This document shows, in pieces, positions 11,601-25,393 of a stretch of 64,000 bases of DNA. Under the pieces are notes generated by a model. That model did no database searches and was not told the DNA's origin. It saw only the letters and a program-made list of their open reading frames with translations. The position numbers and the translations under genes are program-made. How positions within the stretch are numbered: position 1 is the stretch's first letter; every line of letters begins with the position of its first letter. This DNA is from Octopus sinensis (Eukaryota). The stretch lies in assembly GCF_006345805.1 (NCBI RefSeq), contig NC_042999.1, positions 6,882,001-6,946,000 of the forward strand, given 5' to 3'.

Positions 11601-12273
11601 TTGATTCTAAAATGAATTGCAAATTAAGTGCTTTAAAATCAATTATCATGATCCTACAAACCAGAAAGATCTTTGAGGTTTATGATTAGCAATAAAGAAG
11701 AGAGAAAACGTGCAAAAATACAAATGCCCACAAAGTAATGGAGGAAAAAATCTATTTATGCGAGTTAATGTGAAGGTTTAAAACAAGTGTTACTCTCTGG
11801 ATTAAGTAGATCTCTTAAGTAGATGTGAAAATTGTCATTAAACTCTCGCAGAAGGTAATCCGAAAATACTCGATACTTATTCTTCATATCGAAGTGAATT
11901 GCACGATTAGAATAATGTGCGCTACTTGCAGAAATAAATTATTTACATCAGCCACTAGTATATTGATTTCAAAGTTTGGCACAAAACCTGAAATTTTGGG
12001 GGAGTGGTAAGTTGATTATATCGATCCCAGTGCTCAACTGGTATTTATTTTATTGAACCCGAAAGATTAAAAAGGCAAAGCTGATTTCGACGGAATTTGA
12101 ACTCGGAACGTAAAGACAGACGAAATGTCGCTAAGCATTTCCCCCGGCGCGCTAACGATTTTCCCAACTTGCCGCCTTATAAGCTACTACTATATTGTAG
12201 TATCTTTGCAGTGATTAGCCTCTCCATACACACACATCTTTTATTCATATGGGGGGGGTATATGTTAATTCGT

Positions 12274-12572
12274 GGAGGCACATGGCCTAGTGGTTAGAGC
12301 AGCGGACTCGCAATCGAGGGATCGCGGGTTCAAATCTCAGACCGGGCGATGTGTGTGTTTATGAGCGAAACACCTTAGCTCCATGCGGCTCCAGCAGAAG
12401 GTAATGGCGAACCTCTGCTGCCTCTTTCGCTACAACTTTCTCTCACTCTTTCCTCCTGCATCTTGCAGCTCACGTGTGACAGACCGGCGTCCCATCCAGG
12501 TGGGGAACCTATATGCCAAGGAAACCGGAAAACCGACCCTTATGAGCCAGGCATGGCTCGAGAAGGAACAAA
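12274..12572 (+). mobile_element. Family D SINE with Meta/V-domain-like tail
   Basis: tRNA head GTGGAGGCACATGG...GGGTTCAAATC; tail GACCGGCGTCCCATCCAGGTGGGG...GGAAACCGG resembles the conserved domains of Meta/V-SINEs (from recall, not a database match). Confidence 0.65.
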
Positions 12573-12854
12573 CATATGTTAATTCATTGTGTGTAAACAA
12601 AGAGTTATCATTTAGACTTGCCTTTCTAAGATTCCGAATGCAAAATCTACCTGGCTAGTTTTCGCTTGCTTCTATCTAAGTTCGATAAAAGATATGTCAT
12701 ATGCAAGAGCTAATTTAATTTAGAATTTACCAAAATTATTGCCAGAATATTATTCACATTTATTGAGTAGAAATCGCTGTATAAGTTCACTGTAAAAAAA
12801 AAACTTGTTAAATCATTGGAAAATGATCGGTGGAATAATTCCAGAAAATTATGT

Positions 12855-13030
12855 GTAGCCCAGTGGTTAGGGCGTTGCACTCGTAGTCACAACGTCGTTG
12901 TTTCGACTCTCAGACTGGGCGGTGCTTTGTGTCCTTGAGCAAAACACTTCGTTTCCCATTGCTTCAGAACACTCAGCTGCAAAGGAGGAACCCTGTGACG
13001 GAATGGCATCGTGTTCAGGAGGGGACGGTG
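12855..13030 (+). mobile_element. Old tRNA-derived SINE with V/Meta-like motif
   Basis: GCCCAGTGGTTAGGG head, GTGTCCTTGAGCAAAACACTT, CCCTGTGACGGAATGGCATC motif. Confidence 0.55.
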
Positions 13031-14574
13031 TGGAATTGGTGATTTCAGTCACTTATACACCATGGGCGACCTGGTAGAATCGTGAGAACGTCGGTTGAAA
13101 TGCTTAGCGGTATTTCGTCAGTTCTTACGTTCTGAGTTCAAATTCCGCTGAGGCCGACTTTGCCTTTCATCCTTTCGGGGTCAATTAAATAAGTAACCAG
13201 AGGGATAGAGTAGGCTCATGAAACCAGTATGATCTCAAGCTCAACTTCACAGCCTCCACATCAGTTGGTAGAGAGAACCTGCTGAGGTCTTTGTCCTGCA
13301 GTGGACTGAAAATTGGAAGATTCAAATCCAAATACACTATGGGAACCGGGTGACCTGTCCTATGAGTCCTGGGACAACAGACAGCAATGTTTAGGTTGAT
13401 GATGATGATGAAGAAGAAGAAGAACTAACGTAAAAATTTGTTGGTTATAGATAAGTAAGTTATAGTTCTGCCGAGTGAAAGGTCATTAAAGGTTTGTCTA
13501 TGATTGGAACTGAAAATGGATAAAATATGAAGAGTAAGCATTTGAAAACCATTCCAGTAAGCTTCGATTTAAGCGATCTTAGAATCAGCAGATTTTTCAT
13601 TTCTTCAGTTTCCTCACGGAATATTCAGTAGCTTAAAGTGGTTAGGAAGAATGATGAACGAAGTAGCAGAGAAAAGAAAACGAAAAAGTAGCAGACGACG
13701 ACGATGAAAGAATGAAAGAAAATGGCGGACGATATTTCTCAGTAGCAGACGATGTTTTTGTCTCTATTTTCAAGATTTTATGATTAATGTATTTTAGTGA
13801 AATTTTCTTTCTTTGTCTTCAATAAATTTTGAATCAATATTGAAGTAAGTGCAATAATATATAATCTAATAGAATTTTAACTATAAAAGGTGTTGAAAAA
13901 GAAACGCTGAATAGAGATATTTCAGGTGTTAAACGGATTAGTTTTAGGATAAATTAGAGAATCGTTTAGTTTAACTTCATAAAAAATCGAATTCTTGAAA
14001 GGTAGATAAGAAAAAGAAAACATTTCACTTTGTTGCTTGTAATCAACACAAAACAGCGATGAAAAAAAATGTACTTGGTGTTGAAGCAACATTAGCTAGG
14101 ATAAACATGGTTTTCGTTGAAGATTATTGTGTTTCAATATCGTGTTCCATTCACCTTTGTTGCGTGTTACTAAATTCGGGAATGCAATATTAGGAAAAAA
14201 AAAAAAAAAAAAGAGAAACTTGCACGAAATTCATTGAATTAATTCACGATTCATTATCTTCCGCTGCTTTAATGTAAATCTTAAAGAAAGTGATATGGAT
14301 AATTTTCATTCGAATTTTAATCGGATTAGGAAAACCAATAACGCCTGTTTTTGTATAACTGTCGAAACAAAATTCTAATTTACATCTTATTTACATAATA
14401 ATAATATATTTTTTTTTATATGGAAGAGAATCGAATTCTTTAATCTCCACAACTCAACACTTTTCAGTTTCTCGTTCCGACTTCTCTGTTTATATTTTTC
14501 TGTGCAGCATGCGTGTGCTTCTACATGTGACTGCTCATAAGCATATCAAACTGCTGATACTGCACCACTTACGA

Positions 14575-14840
14575 CACCGAGGCTCCCCGTTGATCCGATC
14601 GATGGAACAGCCTGCTCACGAAATCAAATCGCTGAGCCCTTTACAGAGCCGCGTACCCTTAACGCAGCTCTCAGGGGTATTCATTGTGACGAAGATTGAG
14701 TTAAGGCTGACCATTTCTACTGAGTGGACCTGAACAATGTGAAATAAAGTGTCTTGCTCAAGGACACAACTCTGCCGGGAATTGAACTTACGATTTTATG
14801 ATCATGATCCGTCTACCCTCACCCCTTAACCACACGCCTG
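14575..14840 (-). mobile_element. Old tRNA-derived SINE sharing a 3' domain with 42648-42990
   Basis: Minus strand ...GTGTCCTTGAGCAAGACACTT...GAGCAGGCTGTTCCATCGATCGGATCAAC. Confidence 0.6.
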
Positions 14841-15617
14841 CACTAAACATGTCATGCAATTATCTGATACTGCTAGCATTCACTTTAAGGATTTTCCATT
14901 GAAAATAAACAGTTTCAAACACATTCTCCTGTAAAGACTTCTTCAATGATATCAATATTGTGGTTTCGAGTAAGCATTTCCATTTTATCACACAATCTGG
15001 TCCTTCAATGAACCAAAACGATCTCAACAACAGTGAAAAAAAAAACCCGTTGAAAGTACCAAGAAGAGATTTCATTACCATTAGGCGCCCAGGACAATGG
15101 ATCCGTTTCAAGAAGAAGAACAACACACTTTCTGTGAGCGATAAAAAGTGGAACGGCTATTGTGAGGTGACTGCAGATTTATAAGGGTGCCAGGGAATAT
15201 TTCTCATCTCAGTTACGAAAAAAACCGGATGTAAAGGGTTCGTTGACAGTGTGAGGCGGCTGTTGTTATCGTTATGCCTAACTTATCGTAAAGTCAATAC
15301 CACCATGACTGATATCCAATCTACAGTGGAGAAAGCTAGCCACTGGATTTGGTTAAAAAGAGGCGATGAGAAATGGCTAGAGGAATATTGAGCTATATTT
15401 AATAACCAGTTCATCTAGCAAGCGGGGCCTCATATAAGTGAGCTCGGTGGGGCGGTGCGCAATGATGCCGTCGAGAGGTAGGCCACAAAACGGTGTGCAT
15501 TTTCTCCTGATGACCCCATACACTTGCTGGTTTTCGGTATGCGGAATTCTCGACTGGTAACACTTGCATGCACAAGTTGTTTGCAAAATATCAAGAGTTA
15601 CCAGAAAGAAACAATTC

Positions 15618-16000
15618 TTTTACTTGTTTCAGTCATTTGACTGCGACCATGCTGGAGCATCGCCTTTAGTCGAACAAATCGACCTCAGGACTTATTCTTT
15701 GTAAGCCTAGCACTTATTCTATTGGTATCTTTGCCGAACCGCTAAGTTAGGGGGATGTAAACACACCAACATCGGTTGTCAAGCAATGGTAGGGCGACAA
15801 ACACAGACACACAAATACACACATATCTACATACACACACACATATTCTTTCAGTTTCAGTCTGCCAAATCCACTCACAAGGCTTTGGTTGGCCCAACAC
15901 TATAGTAGAAGACACTTGCTCAAGGTGCTACGCAGTGGGACTGAACCTAGAATAATGTGGCGGGGAAGGAAGCTTCTTACCACGCAGCCACTCCTGCGCC
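15618..16000 (-). mobile_element. Family B SINE
   Basis: Reverse complement of the full head-to-tail family B sequence. Confidence 0.85.
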
Positions 16001-16244
16001 TATGAGCAATTTATCCGTAACACAACTGTCTTATCACGAAACATATCGTGATTAATCAAATAATGATATGCATTCTTGCTTTATTTTGTTTTCTAATTAA
16101 ATGACAAATAATTTGAGCGGAATGGACAATATTTGGTAAATTAATGGAAAATGTATTCTCTTAACGGAAAATGTATTCTTGTGCGTGAACTCAATGGATA
16201 AATGAATTTTAATAAATTCGAATTTTAATGCAAATATTGGTTTC

Positions 16245-16580
16245 ATATTTTAGCACGAGGTCATTAATTTCGGCTTGGAGATTAAATCAAGTCTAGTGTT
16301 CGATTGTTAATTATTTTATCGAACCCGATAGAATGAAAAGCTATGTCACAAAGGTGGAACTTGAACTCAGAACGTAAAGACAGACGAAATGCAGTTAAAC
16401 ATTTCGGCTGGCGTTCTAACGATTCTGTCAGCTCGCCGCCTTGATTCAATTGGTCCTTATTTTATCGAATATAAAGTAAAGTTGACCCTGGCGGAATTTG
16501 AACTCAGAGCCTAAAGACAGATGGGACATAGCTAAGACTTTTGCCCGGCGTTCTAACGATTCTGCCAGCTTGCCGCGAAA
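16245..16580 (-). mobile_element. Two degenerate family A/C SINE copies
   Basis: GAACTCAGAACG and GTTCTAACGATTCTG motifs each occur twice. Confidence 0.6.
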
Positions 16581-18149
16581 TGGCAAATAATAGTAATAAC
16601 ACTGAATCACTCTTGAAAAATTTTCTATTTAATTTAGAGGAGAAGTTGAAAGGAATCGGTGGCGTAGAAGTTTTAAATTATGCTTAAAACGTCGCAGTCT
16701 TACGACAAAGCCGATATCATTTAGATGTACTGATAGACATACTTAGAAAAGTCAAATAGGTTTTTTTGAAATAAGAACAGGATTCGAGTTGCGAACTCGT
16801 GTCTTCGACAACTTCTGTACAACGAATACCTACTGATATTAACGCCATGACGTACGCTCAATGAATTAAGGAAATTTCATTAGCACAGGATTCGATATCG
16901 AGGTCCAGACTTCACTCCATAAGACCTTATATCTTACACTACTCTGCTCGCTCAGAGCAGCGTAAGAAAATCAAGGGTGAAAGAATATCGGTTGTGAATC
17001 GCAATAAATTTTCAAAGAAATAATTTTACAATAAGCCTAGTTCCCCAGTTCCTTTACTGGTTTCAATCTAATCTTTTTACTAACCATCGGAGATACTGAG
17101 AAGGAAGCCTTTATGATGTCTACAGAGACAGACGACAGGATATATAGATTCAGAGTTTGTTATTTAAGATTCTAATAGTATTATCTTATATTTCGAAATT
17201 TGTAGAATCTATTGCATTAATTGGATGGAACTGACTGGCGTCAGACAATATAACTATAAATTCAACTCTATTTGAAAGGAATTTGCCGTCAAGTGTTGAA
17301 GTAAGAGAAGATGTTTGGCGAATGAGGTAAATGACATCTTTATATTGGTTAATTTTAGTTCTCATAAAATGAAATACAGAAACCTAATGTTATGGTAAAA
17401 AATAAAATTTTCATAGAAAATTGATTATTTTCACGTAAGTTCCTATAACGAAGTAGCTTTTAAAAACTGCAAAAAAATTTATTTCACAAATATATTATAT
17501 ATATAATATATATATATATATAAATCAATATATAAAATAACGGATTTTACCAGCAGCAGCAGTTCACATTGACATAGGAAACTATTGTGATACAATAGTT
17601 TATCTGAAATTCTTCTCGATTATTTGAGAAACATTCAGCTAGCGCTCAATTTCTTAGCGTGGAATAATGTTTGGTGTCAAGTGGAAGCAGAAAAGAAAGA
17701 ACTCTGAAAATGGATCCATTCTCGTGGATGATGTATGAGAATAGCTATGAGAATGAATGCGATTGTTTATAAATTGAGATATTAGAGGTTTGTGTTGGAC
17801 GGTAATGTACGAGAGGCAAGGGAATTTTTTATGAAGCGATTCTTGGAATAAAGTTTTCATCTAATCACATGGAACAAAACAGAAAGAGGAAGACAGAGTG
17901 TCGTTGTAGTAACGCTAAAAGAATGATAATGAAGATAAAGCTGCCTGGTTGAGGCTGTAAAATATGGCGGTAAAAGTAGTTATAGAACGACTAAATGTAT
18001 GAACATAGCTGATAGTAATGATACACCGAAATATATCAAAAACGAAAGAGCAATAAAATCAAACAGGCAAATAATGTTTTAAAGAACAATCCTTCGTTGA
18101 GTAAAACTGAAATAAGACTACTTCAGTAAATAAAGACTACTGTTCCCAA

Positions 18150-18570
18150 CTGTGGCCACCACACAGTGTAAAATTGACGGCGAAACGTGATTCAGTCTAG
18201 CTCTACAAAGAATATCGTCACAATGCGACATAGAAGCTACTGGGAAAAACCTGAAAAAGTTACCACTCTATTCCCAAGAACGATGGCGGGGAAGATATGC
18301 AGTGATAAGTATTTGGAAAGTCTTGGATGGACTTGTGCCAAACTTTGGCATTGAAAGTTTCACACACAGCAGAAAGGGGTACCGCTATATAGTGCCAACG
18401 ATCCCACCGTCGCCATCAGGACACAGGACCAGATACCGAAATAGCTTGGGTTTGAAGAGTCCACAGCTCTTTAATATCCTGTCCAAAAGCCTGAGAGACC
18501 GGCATGGGGTAGGTTTAAGTGTCTTCAAACCAAAAATGGATCTCCTTCTGTCAAGAGTTCCGGATTAACT
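18150..18570 (+). mobile_element. CR1/L2-group LINE 3' coding fragment
   Basis: With a frameshift: WPPHSVK...SYWE..LKKLPLYSQERWRGRYAVISIWKVLDGLVPN...FNILSKSLRD...FKPKMDLLLSRVPD, typical of a CR1-type ORF2 C-terminus. Confidence 0.75.
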
Positions 18571-18954
18571 TACCGATAATATTTTCAAAGCCAGGCTTTC
18601 CAAGAAAGGAGATGTCCTGGCATTTTGATGTTGTTATCAGTTATCATATTGGCCGTTTAAGTGATGAATGCTTGGTTGTTAATGTCCTATGATTTTCCAC
18701 GAACAAACGTGCAATTATAAACAAGGACAGTTGTACACTTGACATTAATAGGTGAGATGATGGTTGTAACTTACTTGACGACGTGGTGGAGGGGAATAAT
18801 ACTAAAAGTGTTCAGTGAGTTCAAACAACCACAGAAGCACGAAATATGAAGTTCATCAAAGTTTGTAATGTTATACTGTTCTCTTCTTTGGGTGTCATGT
18901 CCATAATGTAGGCAATAGGCGATCATGTTCTATCATAATTCTCTGACCTTTGAA

Positions 18955-19152
18955 GGCGGTGAGCCGGCAGAATCATTAGCACGCCGGGCGAAATGCCTTG
19001 CGGTATTTCGTCTGCCGTTACGTTCTGAGTTCAAATTCCACCGAGGTCGACTTTGCCTTTCATCCTTTCGGGGTCGATTAAATAAGTACCGGTTGCGTAC
19101 TGGGATCGATGTGATCGACTGGTCCCCTCCACCAAAATTTCGCGCCTTGTGC
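18955..19152 (+). mobile_element. Family A/C SINE
   Basis: GGCGGTGAGCCGGCAGAATC head, GAGTTCAAATTCC, tail GCCTTGTGCC. Confidence 0.8.
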
Positions 19153-19154
19153 CA

Positions 19155-19376
19155 AGAGTCGAAAAGAATTCTCTGTCCTTTGTTTTCCGTAGCAGTTCCA
19201 CTTCCCGATGTCTAATGCCTCTTTCTTCCTACCTGTTCGCCAAGCTTCACATCCGTTTTATCTTTCTCTTTCCTCTGCTTCTTTTCCCTTCTAACTTTCT
19301 GCTCATCGCTAAATACTTGTGGCCCTCTTTCCTCACCACACGACCAAGAAATCTCATTTGCTTAAGATTTCTTGCT
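19155..19376 (-). mobile_element. RTE LINE 3' coding fragment
   Basis: Minus frame KQMRFLGRVVRKEGHKYLAMSRKLEGKRSRG...EVELLRKTKDRE, with stops. Confidence 0.7.
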
Positions 19377-19380
19377 TATA

Positions 19381-19788
19381 GGCGCAGGAGTGGCTGTGTG
19401 GTAAGTAGCTTGCTAACCAACCACATGGTTCCGGGTTCAGTCCCACTGCGTGGCATCTTGGGCAAATGTCTTCTGCTATAGCCCCGGGCCGACCAATGCC
19501 TTGTGAGTGGATTTGGTAGACGGAAACTGAAAGAGGCCTGTCGTATATATGTATATATATATAAGTGTGTGTGTATGTGTTTGTGTGTCTGTGTTTGTCC
19601 CCCTAGCATTGCTTGACAACCGATGCTGGTGTGTTTACGTCCCCGTCACTTAGCGGTTCGGCAAAAAAGACCGATAGTATAAGTACTGGGCTTACAAAGA
19701 ATAAGTCCCAGGGTCGAGTTGCTCGACTAAAGGTGGTGTTCCAGCATGGCCACAGTCAAATGACTGAAACTTGTAAAAGAGTAAAGAG
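19381..19788 (+). mobile_element. Full-length family B SINE
   Basis: Complete head, internal TA/TG tract and tail; abuts the RTE fragment. Confidence 0.9.
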
Positions 19789-20249
19789 TAATACGATGAG
19801 AAGAGTTGTGAATTTAAATACATACCTAACCCCCTGATAAGTGTATAACACTGATTTATCATCTCCTTGTGTTGAACCAGGCTTGAATATTATTCTCGAC
19901 TCACTATGTTTTCAGAAAAATCTTATTTTTATCTGCCGTTTCTATTTTAACTTCTACCCAAAATTCTCAATCAGAACCATATTCATTAAATTTCTATTAA
20001 TGGATACGAATACAACAGAAAATATTATCTCCGAGAGTCGAGTCAGTTATCAATTTTTGTTGGTGAATTCTGAGGTCATACAGTAAGGGTATAATTTCAT
20101 TGAACATAATAGAAATTGAATAACCTGTCGATGTAAACGGCCAAGTAGTTCTATAAAATATATTGATTATTGATATCAGATTACCATAGAATATAGGAAT
20201 TACAATTAAAGAGATAATCATATAATCCTTCCTTCCTCGTTTACCTATG

Positions 20250-20261
20250 ATATATATATGT

Positions 20262-20324
<63 letters not shown>

Positions 20325-20406
20325 CATATACACGTACATATATATATATATAATATATTTATATATCTATAATCTATATATAAATATAATATATAAATTA
20401 TATATA

Positions 20407-20460
<54 letters not shown>

Positions 20461-20498
20461 TATATGTATATATATATAACATATACATATATATATAA

Positions 20499-20538
<40 letters not shown>

Positions 20539-20712
20539 CCATATATATATATAAAATATATATATTATATATATATATATATATATAATATGATATATAT
20601 ATATAATCACACATATGTGCATACATAGTTAGAAACGTACATGCACACACACTACCACACACGTATACATATGTTAGCTCTTTTTTATGTCTGTGTACAC
20701 GCATGATGATAA

Positions 20713-20797
<85 letters not shown>

Positions 20798-20800
20798 TGA
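20250..20800. repeat. (TA)n and (GA)n microsatellites
   Basis: Direct sequence. Confidence 0.95.
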
Positions 20801-21310
20801 GAGAGGTTGAAATAGACAGAGAGGTAGATTTCTCTGTATTCTAAATATAATGTTGTTCTTGAGGTCACCATCACCTGCTCTATAAAAACGCAAAGCATCG
20901 TATAAAGAGGTTTAGAGATACGCAGTCAAACAGGGAAACGAGAAACCAGAATCCTGTGTCATTGCCCGAGAGTCTGTGGGTACGGCTATATTGTATCGGG
21001 ACTCGTGCTAATAAACTTTCGTCGATGAAATCCACTCCTGTACTTGACTGGTACTTTATTCTATCGACTTCACAAAGATGAAAAGCAAAGTTGATCTTGG
21101 CGGAATTTGAACTCAGAACGTAAAGATCTGGAAGAGATAACGCAAAGCTTTTTGTGAAACACTCAAGCAACTGTTAAATTGTTTTTATCGATTCCGAAAC
21201 AATAAAATCCAAAGTTGACCGCTGTAGGATTTGAACTCACAACGTAAAAAGCTGGAAGAGATATATTGCAAAGCGTTGTGTCAGGCACTGTGGTGATTCT
21301 GCCGACCATT

Positions 21311-21543
21311 ACGGCGGCGAGCTGGCAGAATCGTCAGCACGCCGGGCGAAATGCGTAGCCGTATTTCGTCCGCCGTTACGTTCCGAGTTCAAATTCCGCC
21401 GAGGTCGACTTTGCCTTTCATCCTTTCTGGGTCGATAAATTAAGTACCAGTTACGCACTGGGGTCGATGCAATCGACTTAATCCGTTTGTCTGTCCTTGT
21501 TTGTCCCCTCTGTGTTTAACCCCTTGTGGGCAATAAAGAAACA
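21311..21543 (+). mobile_element. Full-length family A SINE with 16 bp TSD, nested in an older SINE
   Basis: GATTCTGCCGACCATT at 21295-21310 and 21544-21559. Confidence 0.9.
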
Positions 21544-22229
21544 GATTCTGCCGACCATTTTTATTCCGCACACCTTGCGATATCCAGGAAAAAAAAAATT
21601 GAACTCAGCTCCGAAAACGAGTGTAATACACCAACTCTGATGATATTTTCATGGCTGACATTGCCTGAGTGCTGTTATGTGAACTAAACACTTCAGAGAC
21701 GAATGTAGTGGCCATATACTCGATACAATATTAGTAGGGTTGTAACAACTAGTTGTTACATATCACCTCGGCCCATCTTTGTTTTGATTTCTGCTTATCT
21801 GACTTCAATAGAGCTAGAAAATGTCAGAAAATACAAGATTGAAAACTCTAGATTCCAGCTGGAAATTTAATTGACACTTTTAACGATATAAAAACAACAA
21901 CCAATTGTTGTGTGTCGTATCATTTACATTATTGAAGAAACTAAAGAATCCCTCTTATCAGCTACTTGGAATTGTTCATGTAAATAGAGATAGAGTTTCG
22001 GTGAGTTTTAAAGTTTGAAATGTAATTGATAAGATATGTTCTTCAGGAGGTTTCTAAGAATATTCTTGTGGATATTAAAAGATAACAGTAATTAAGTGAA
22101 GAAGCATCGAAAGAAGTTGCGGCAGCAGCAGCAGCGACTGGATCGGAGAAAGAGAAATATTACGGAGAAGCCAAAAAGGACGGAGACGGAGTTGGGCAAG
22201 ATGACGTAGTAACAGTATAAATGGCGGAT

Positions 22230-23430
22230 AATGAAGAAGAAGAAGAAGAAGAAGAAGAGAAGAAGAAGAAAAGAAGAAGAAAGAGAAGAAGAAGAAGAAG
22301 AAGAAGAAAGAGATGAAGAAGAAGACGAAGAAGAAGAAGGAGAAGACGAAGAAGAAGAAGAATGAGAAGAAGAAGAAGAAGAAGAAGAAGAAGAAAGTGA
22401 AGAAGAAGAAGAAGAATGAGAAGAAGAAGAAGAAGAAGGAGGAGGAGAAGGAGGAGAAGAAGAAGAAGAAGGGCAAGGAGAGGAAGAAGAGGAAGGGTAG
22501 AAGAAGAAGAGAAAGGGAAGAAGAAGAAGAAGGGGAAGAAGAATAAGAAAGGAAAGAAGAAGAAGAAGGGGAAGAAAAATAAGAAGGGAAAGAAGAAGAA
22601 GAAGAAAGAGAAAAAGGAGAAGGGGAAGGAGAGGCAGAAGAAGAAGAAGGTGAAGGGGAAGAAGAAGAAGAAGAAAGAAGGAAAAGAAGAAGATAAGAAG
22701 AAGAAAAGAAGAAGAAAAGGAAGAGGGAAGGAGAGGAAGAAGAAGAATGTGAAGGGGAAGGGGAAGAAGAAGAAGAAGAAGGAGGAGAAGAAGAAGAAGA
22801 AAAAGAAAGAAGAGAAGAGAAGAAGGGGAAGGGAATAAGAAGAAGAAGGAGGAGAGAAGGAGGAGAAGAAGAAGAAGAAGGGCAAGGAGAGGAAGAAGAG
22901 GAAGGTAGAAGAAGAAGAGAAAGGGAAGAAAAGAAGAAGGGGAAGAAGAATAAGAAAGGAAAGAAGAAGAAGAAGGGGAAGAAGAATAAGAAGGGAAAGA
23001 AGAAGAAGAAGAAGAGAAAAAGGAGAAGGGGAAGGAGAGGCAGAAGAAGAAGAAGGTGAAGGGGAAGAAGAAGAAGAAAGAAGGAAAAGAAGAAGAATAA
23101 GAAGAAGAAAAAGAAGAAGAAAAGGGAAAGAAGGGGAAGGAGAGGAAGAAGAAGAATGTGAAGGGGAAGGGGAAGAAGAAGAAGAAGAAGGAGGAGAAGA
23201 AGAAGAAGAAAAAGAAGAAGAAGAAGAAGAAGAAGGGGAAGGGGAATAAGAAGAAGAAGGAGAAGAAGAAGAAGAAGAAGAAGAAGGAAAAGAAGAAGAA
23301 GAAGAAGAAGAAGAAGGAAAAGAAGAAGAAGAAGAAGAAAAAGAAGAAGAATAAGGAAAAGAAGAAGAAGAAGAAGAAGAAGAAGAAGAAGAAGAGAAGA
23401 GAAGAAGAATATTAAGAAGAAGAAGGAAAA
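22230..23430 (+). repeat. Polypurine (GAA)n-rich low-complexity tract with an internal ~409 bp tandem duplication
   Basis: Diagnostic interruptions GGGCAAGG (22471/22880), GGCAG (C at 22635/23041) and AATGTG (T at 22748/23157) recur at 406-409 bp. Confidence 0.9.
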
Positions 23431-23597
23431 CAGTTAGATGTTAAAAATGTTGATAGAGAAGTACCTGAAATATAAAGAGAGAAAGCAGAAATACGGAAGT
23501 GAGGGAAGGAAAAGTAGAGGCAAAAATCGAGAACGAAGAGAATTAGAGAAGATTTTCTTGAAGTCGTCAGTCTTTGTTAAGTTTTACATTTTTTTAG

Positions 23598-23651
23598 ATT
23601 AAAGATGGTGGCAGATGCTATCTAAAACAGAAATACAGAAATCTGAAACAG
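23598..23651 (+). other. Candidate exon A (54 nt; possible start ATG at MLSKTEIQKSET)
   Basis: TTTTTTTAG acceptor and CAG|GTAAGG donor. No homology recognised. Confidence 0.3.
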
Positions 23652-23864
23652 GTAAGGTGTGTGTGTCAGATTCTATGGCAGCTTTAGTAGAGAATGAGTT
23701 ACATTTTTTGAATTGGTATTCATCGATAACAGAATGGGTTCTTTTTGAATAGGAACACGAGGTGAAGAAGGATTTTTGAAAACAAAATTAAGAAGAAATT
23801 GTCATGGTAATCTTTCACAAACAAATCTGTGCCGTTGGTGAAGAATATTGTTCTTAAGGTCTCC

Positions 23865-24328
23865 TTTATTTTCATTCTTATTGGTGTCATGTCTAAACAC
23901 AATTGTGGCAATCATGTCCAACCACAGTTCTCTGTGAAGAAGGATTAAAAAAAAGAAATGAAGACAAAATTGTTATGGTAATCTTCCACAAACAAATTTG
24001 TGCCGTTTTCTCCTTTGCCTTCATTCTTATTGGTGTCATGTCTAGGCACAATTGTGACAATCGTGTCCTCTCACAATCCTCTGTTCTTTGCATTCTGTAA
24101 CAGTTCTACCTCTCGATGCCTCTTTCTTCCAACCAATTCGTCAATCTTGACATCCATATCCTCCTTCTTGTCCATTCAATCTTTCCGGTCATCGCTAAAT
24201 TCTCGCAGCTCTTTTTCCCCATCACATGACCAAGAAATCTCAGCTGTTTGGCCCTTATCTCACGTAGCAGTTTCCTATTTACCACAGCTCAGGACATCAC
24301 TTCTTCATTAGACACCTTATCTATCCAC
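23865..24328 (-). mobile_element. RTE LINE 3' end with duplicated terminus
   Basis: Minus frame ...IRAKQLRFLGHVMGK...LAMTGKIE..., ending RDTIVTIVPRHDT. The terminal segment is repeated about 160-170 bp further on. Confidence 0.75.
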
Positions 24329-24763
24329 ATTATCATAATTGCATTAGATAACGCTATCTCCTCTATACAGTTAGATAAAAGGTTTCTCTTGTAAGAATTT
24401 CATAATTTCTCTGATTTAAGTATGAAGCAAAATAATTCATATTTCAAAAGAACAGAATAAACTAAACTATAAAACAAAACGCTCATAAAAAGAAAGTGAT
24501 TTTGGCGTTGGTGAGAATGGTGTCGCAGTTATTAATATTGTATTTTAAGAGCATAAGTGTTTTTTGAAAGTAAAACTTGTTTGAAATTAACATACTCCAC
24601 AATTTTCATTAAATATATTACAAAAAACAAACTGTAGTGTTCTTGTGAGTGGTGTTGGTGGTGGTGGGTAACTTTTAAAATTACTTATTTTCTTTCTATT
24701 TCCGGATTAGTATTCAGAAAATGAAATAATTAGACGCTAATAAAATAGATATTTTATTATTAG

Positions 24764-24808
24764 GACGCCGTCGCATAGCTTTGCTCTTTCGGCTGAAGAC
24801 GAAAACAG
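24764..24808 (+). other. Candidate exon B (45 nt)
   Basis: GCTAAT branch-like motif, TTATTATTAG acceptor, CAG|GTATGT donor. Open as RRRIALLFRLKTKT in phase 1. Confidence 0.35.
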
Positions 24809-25096
24809 GTATGTTCCAAAATAGAGTGCCAAAAATGAACGCTATGGCTATGAACCGATATTGATACAGAAAAATCGACAAGTGTAATGAAATTTGTAAA
24901 GAAATTGTGATATGATTGAAATGGTAATGGAGGAATTAATAAGCCGCCGCTAGGAAATATTGGGGTAATGTATATTTGAATAAATTCAATCAGGGATAAT
25001 ACAAAGTGATCGGTTATAGAGAAAGTGAAATTTTGGAATCTGTGAGTTGTGAACGTATGAATAGGTAATGCGGAGAAGATAATCAGAATGAGATGA

Positions 25097-25393
<297 letters not shown>

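Noticed and set aside
15480-15560. CTGATGA with a possible stem I and stem II (type III hammerhead)
   Set aside because: GAAT replaces GAAA and stem III cannot be formed.
24790-24815. CTGAAGA-C-GAAA as a minimal hammerhead
   Set aside because: No stem II and no stem I pairing; better explained as the end of candidate exon B.
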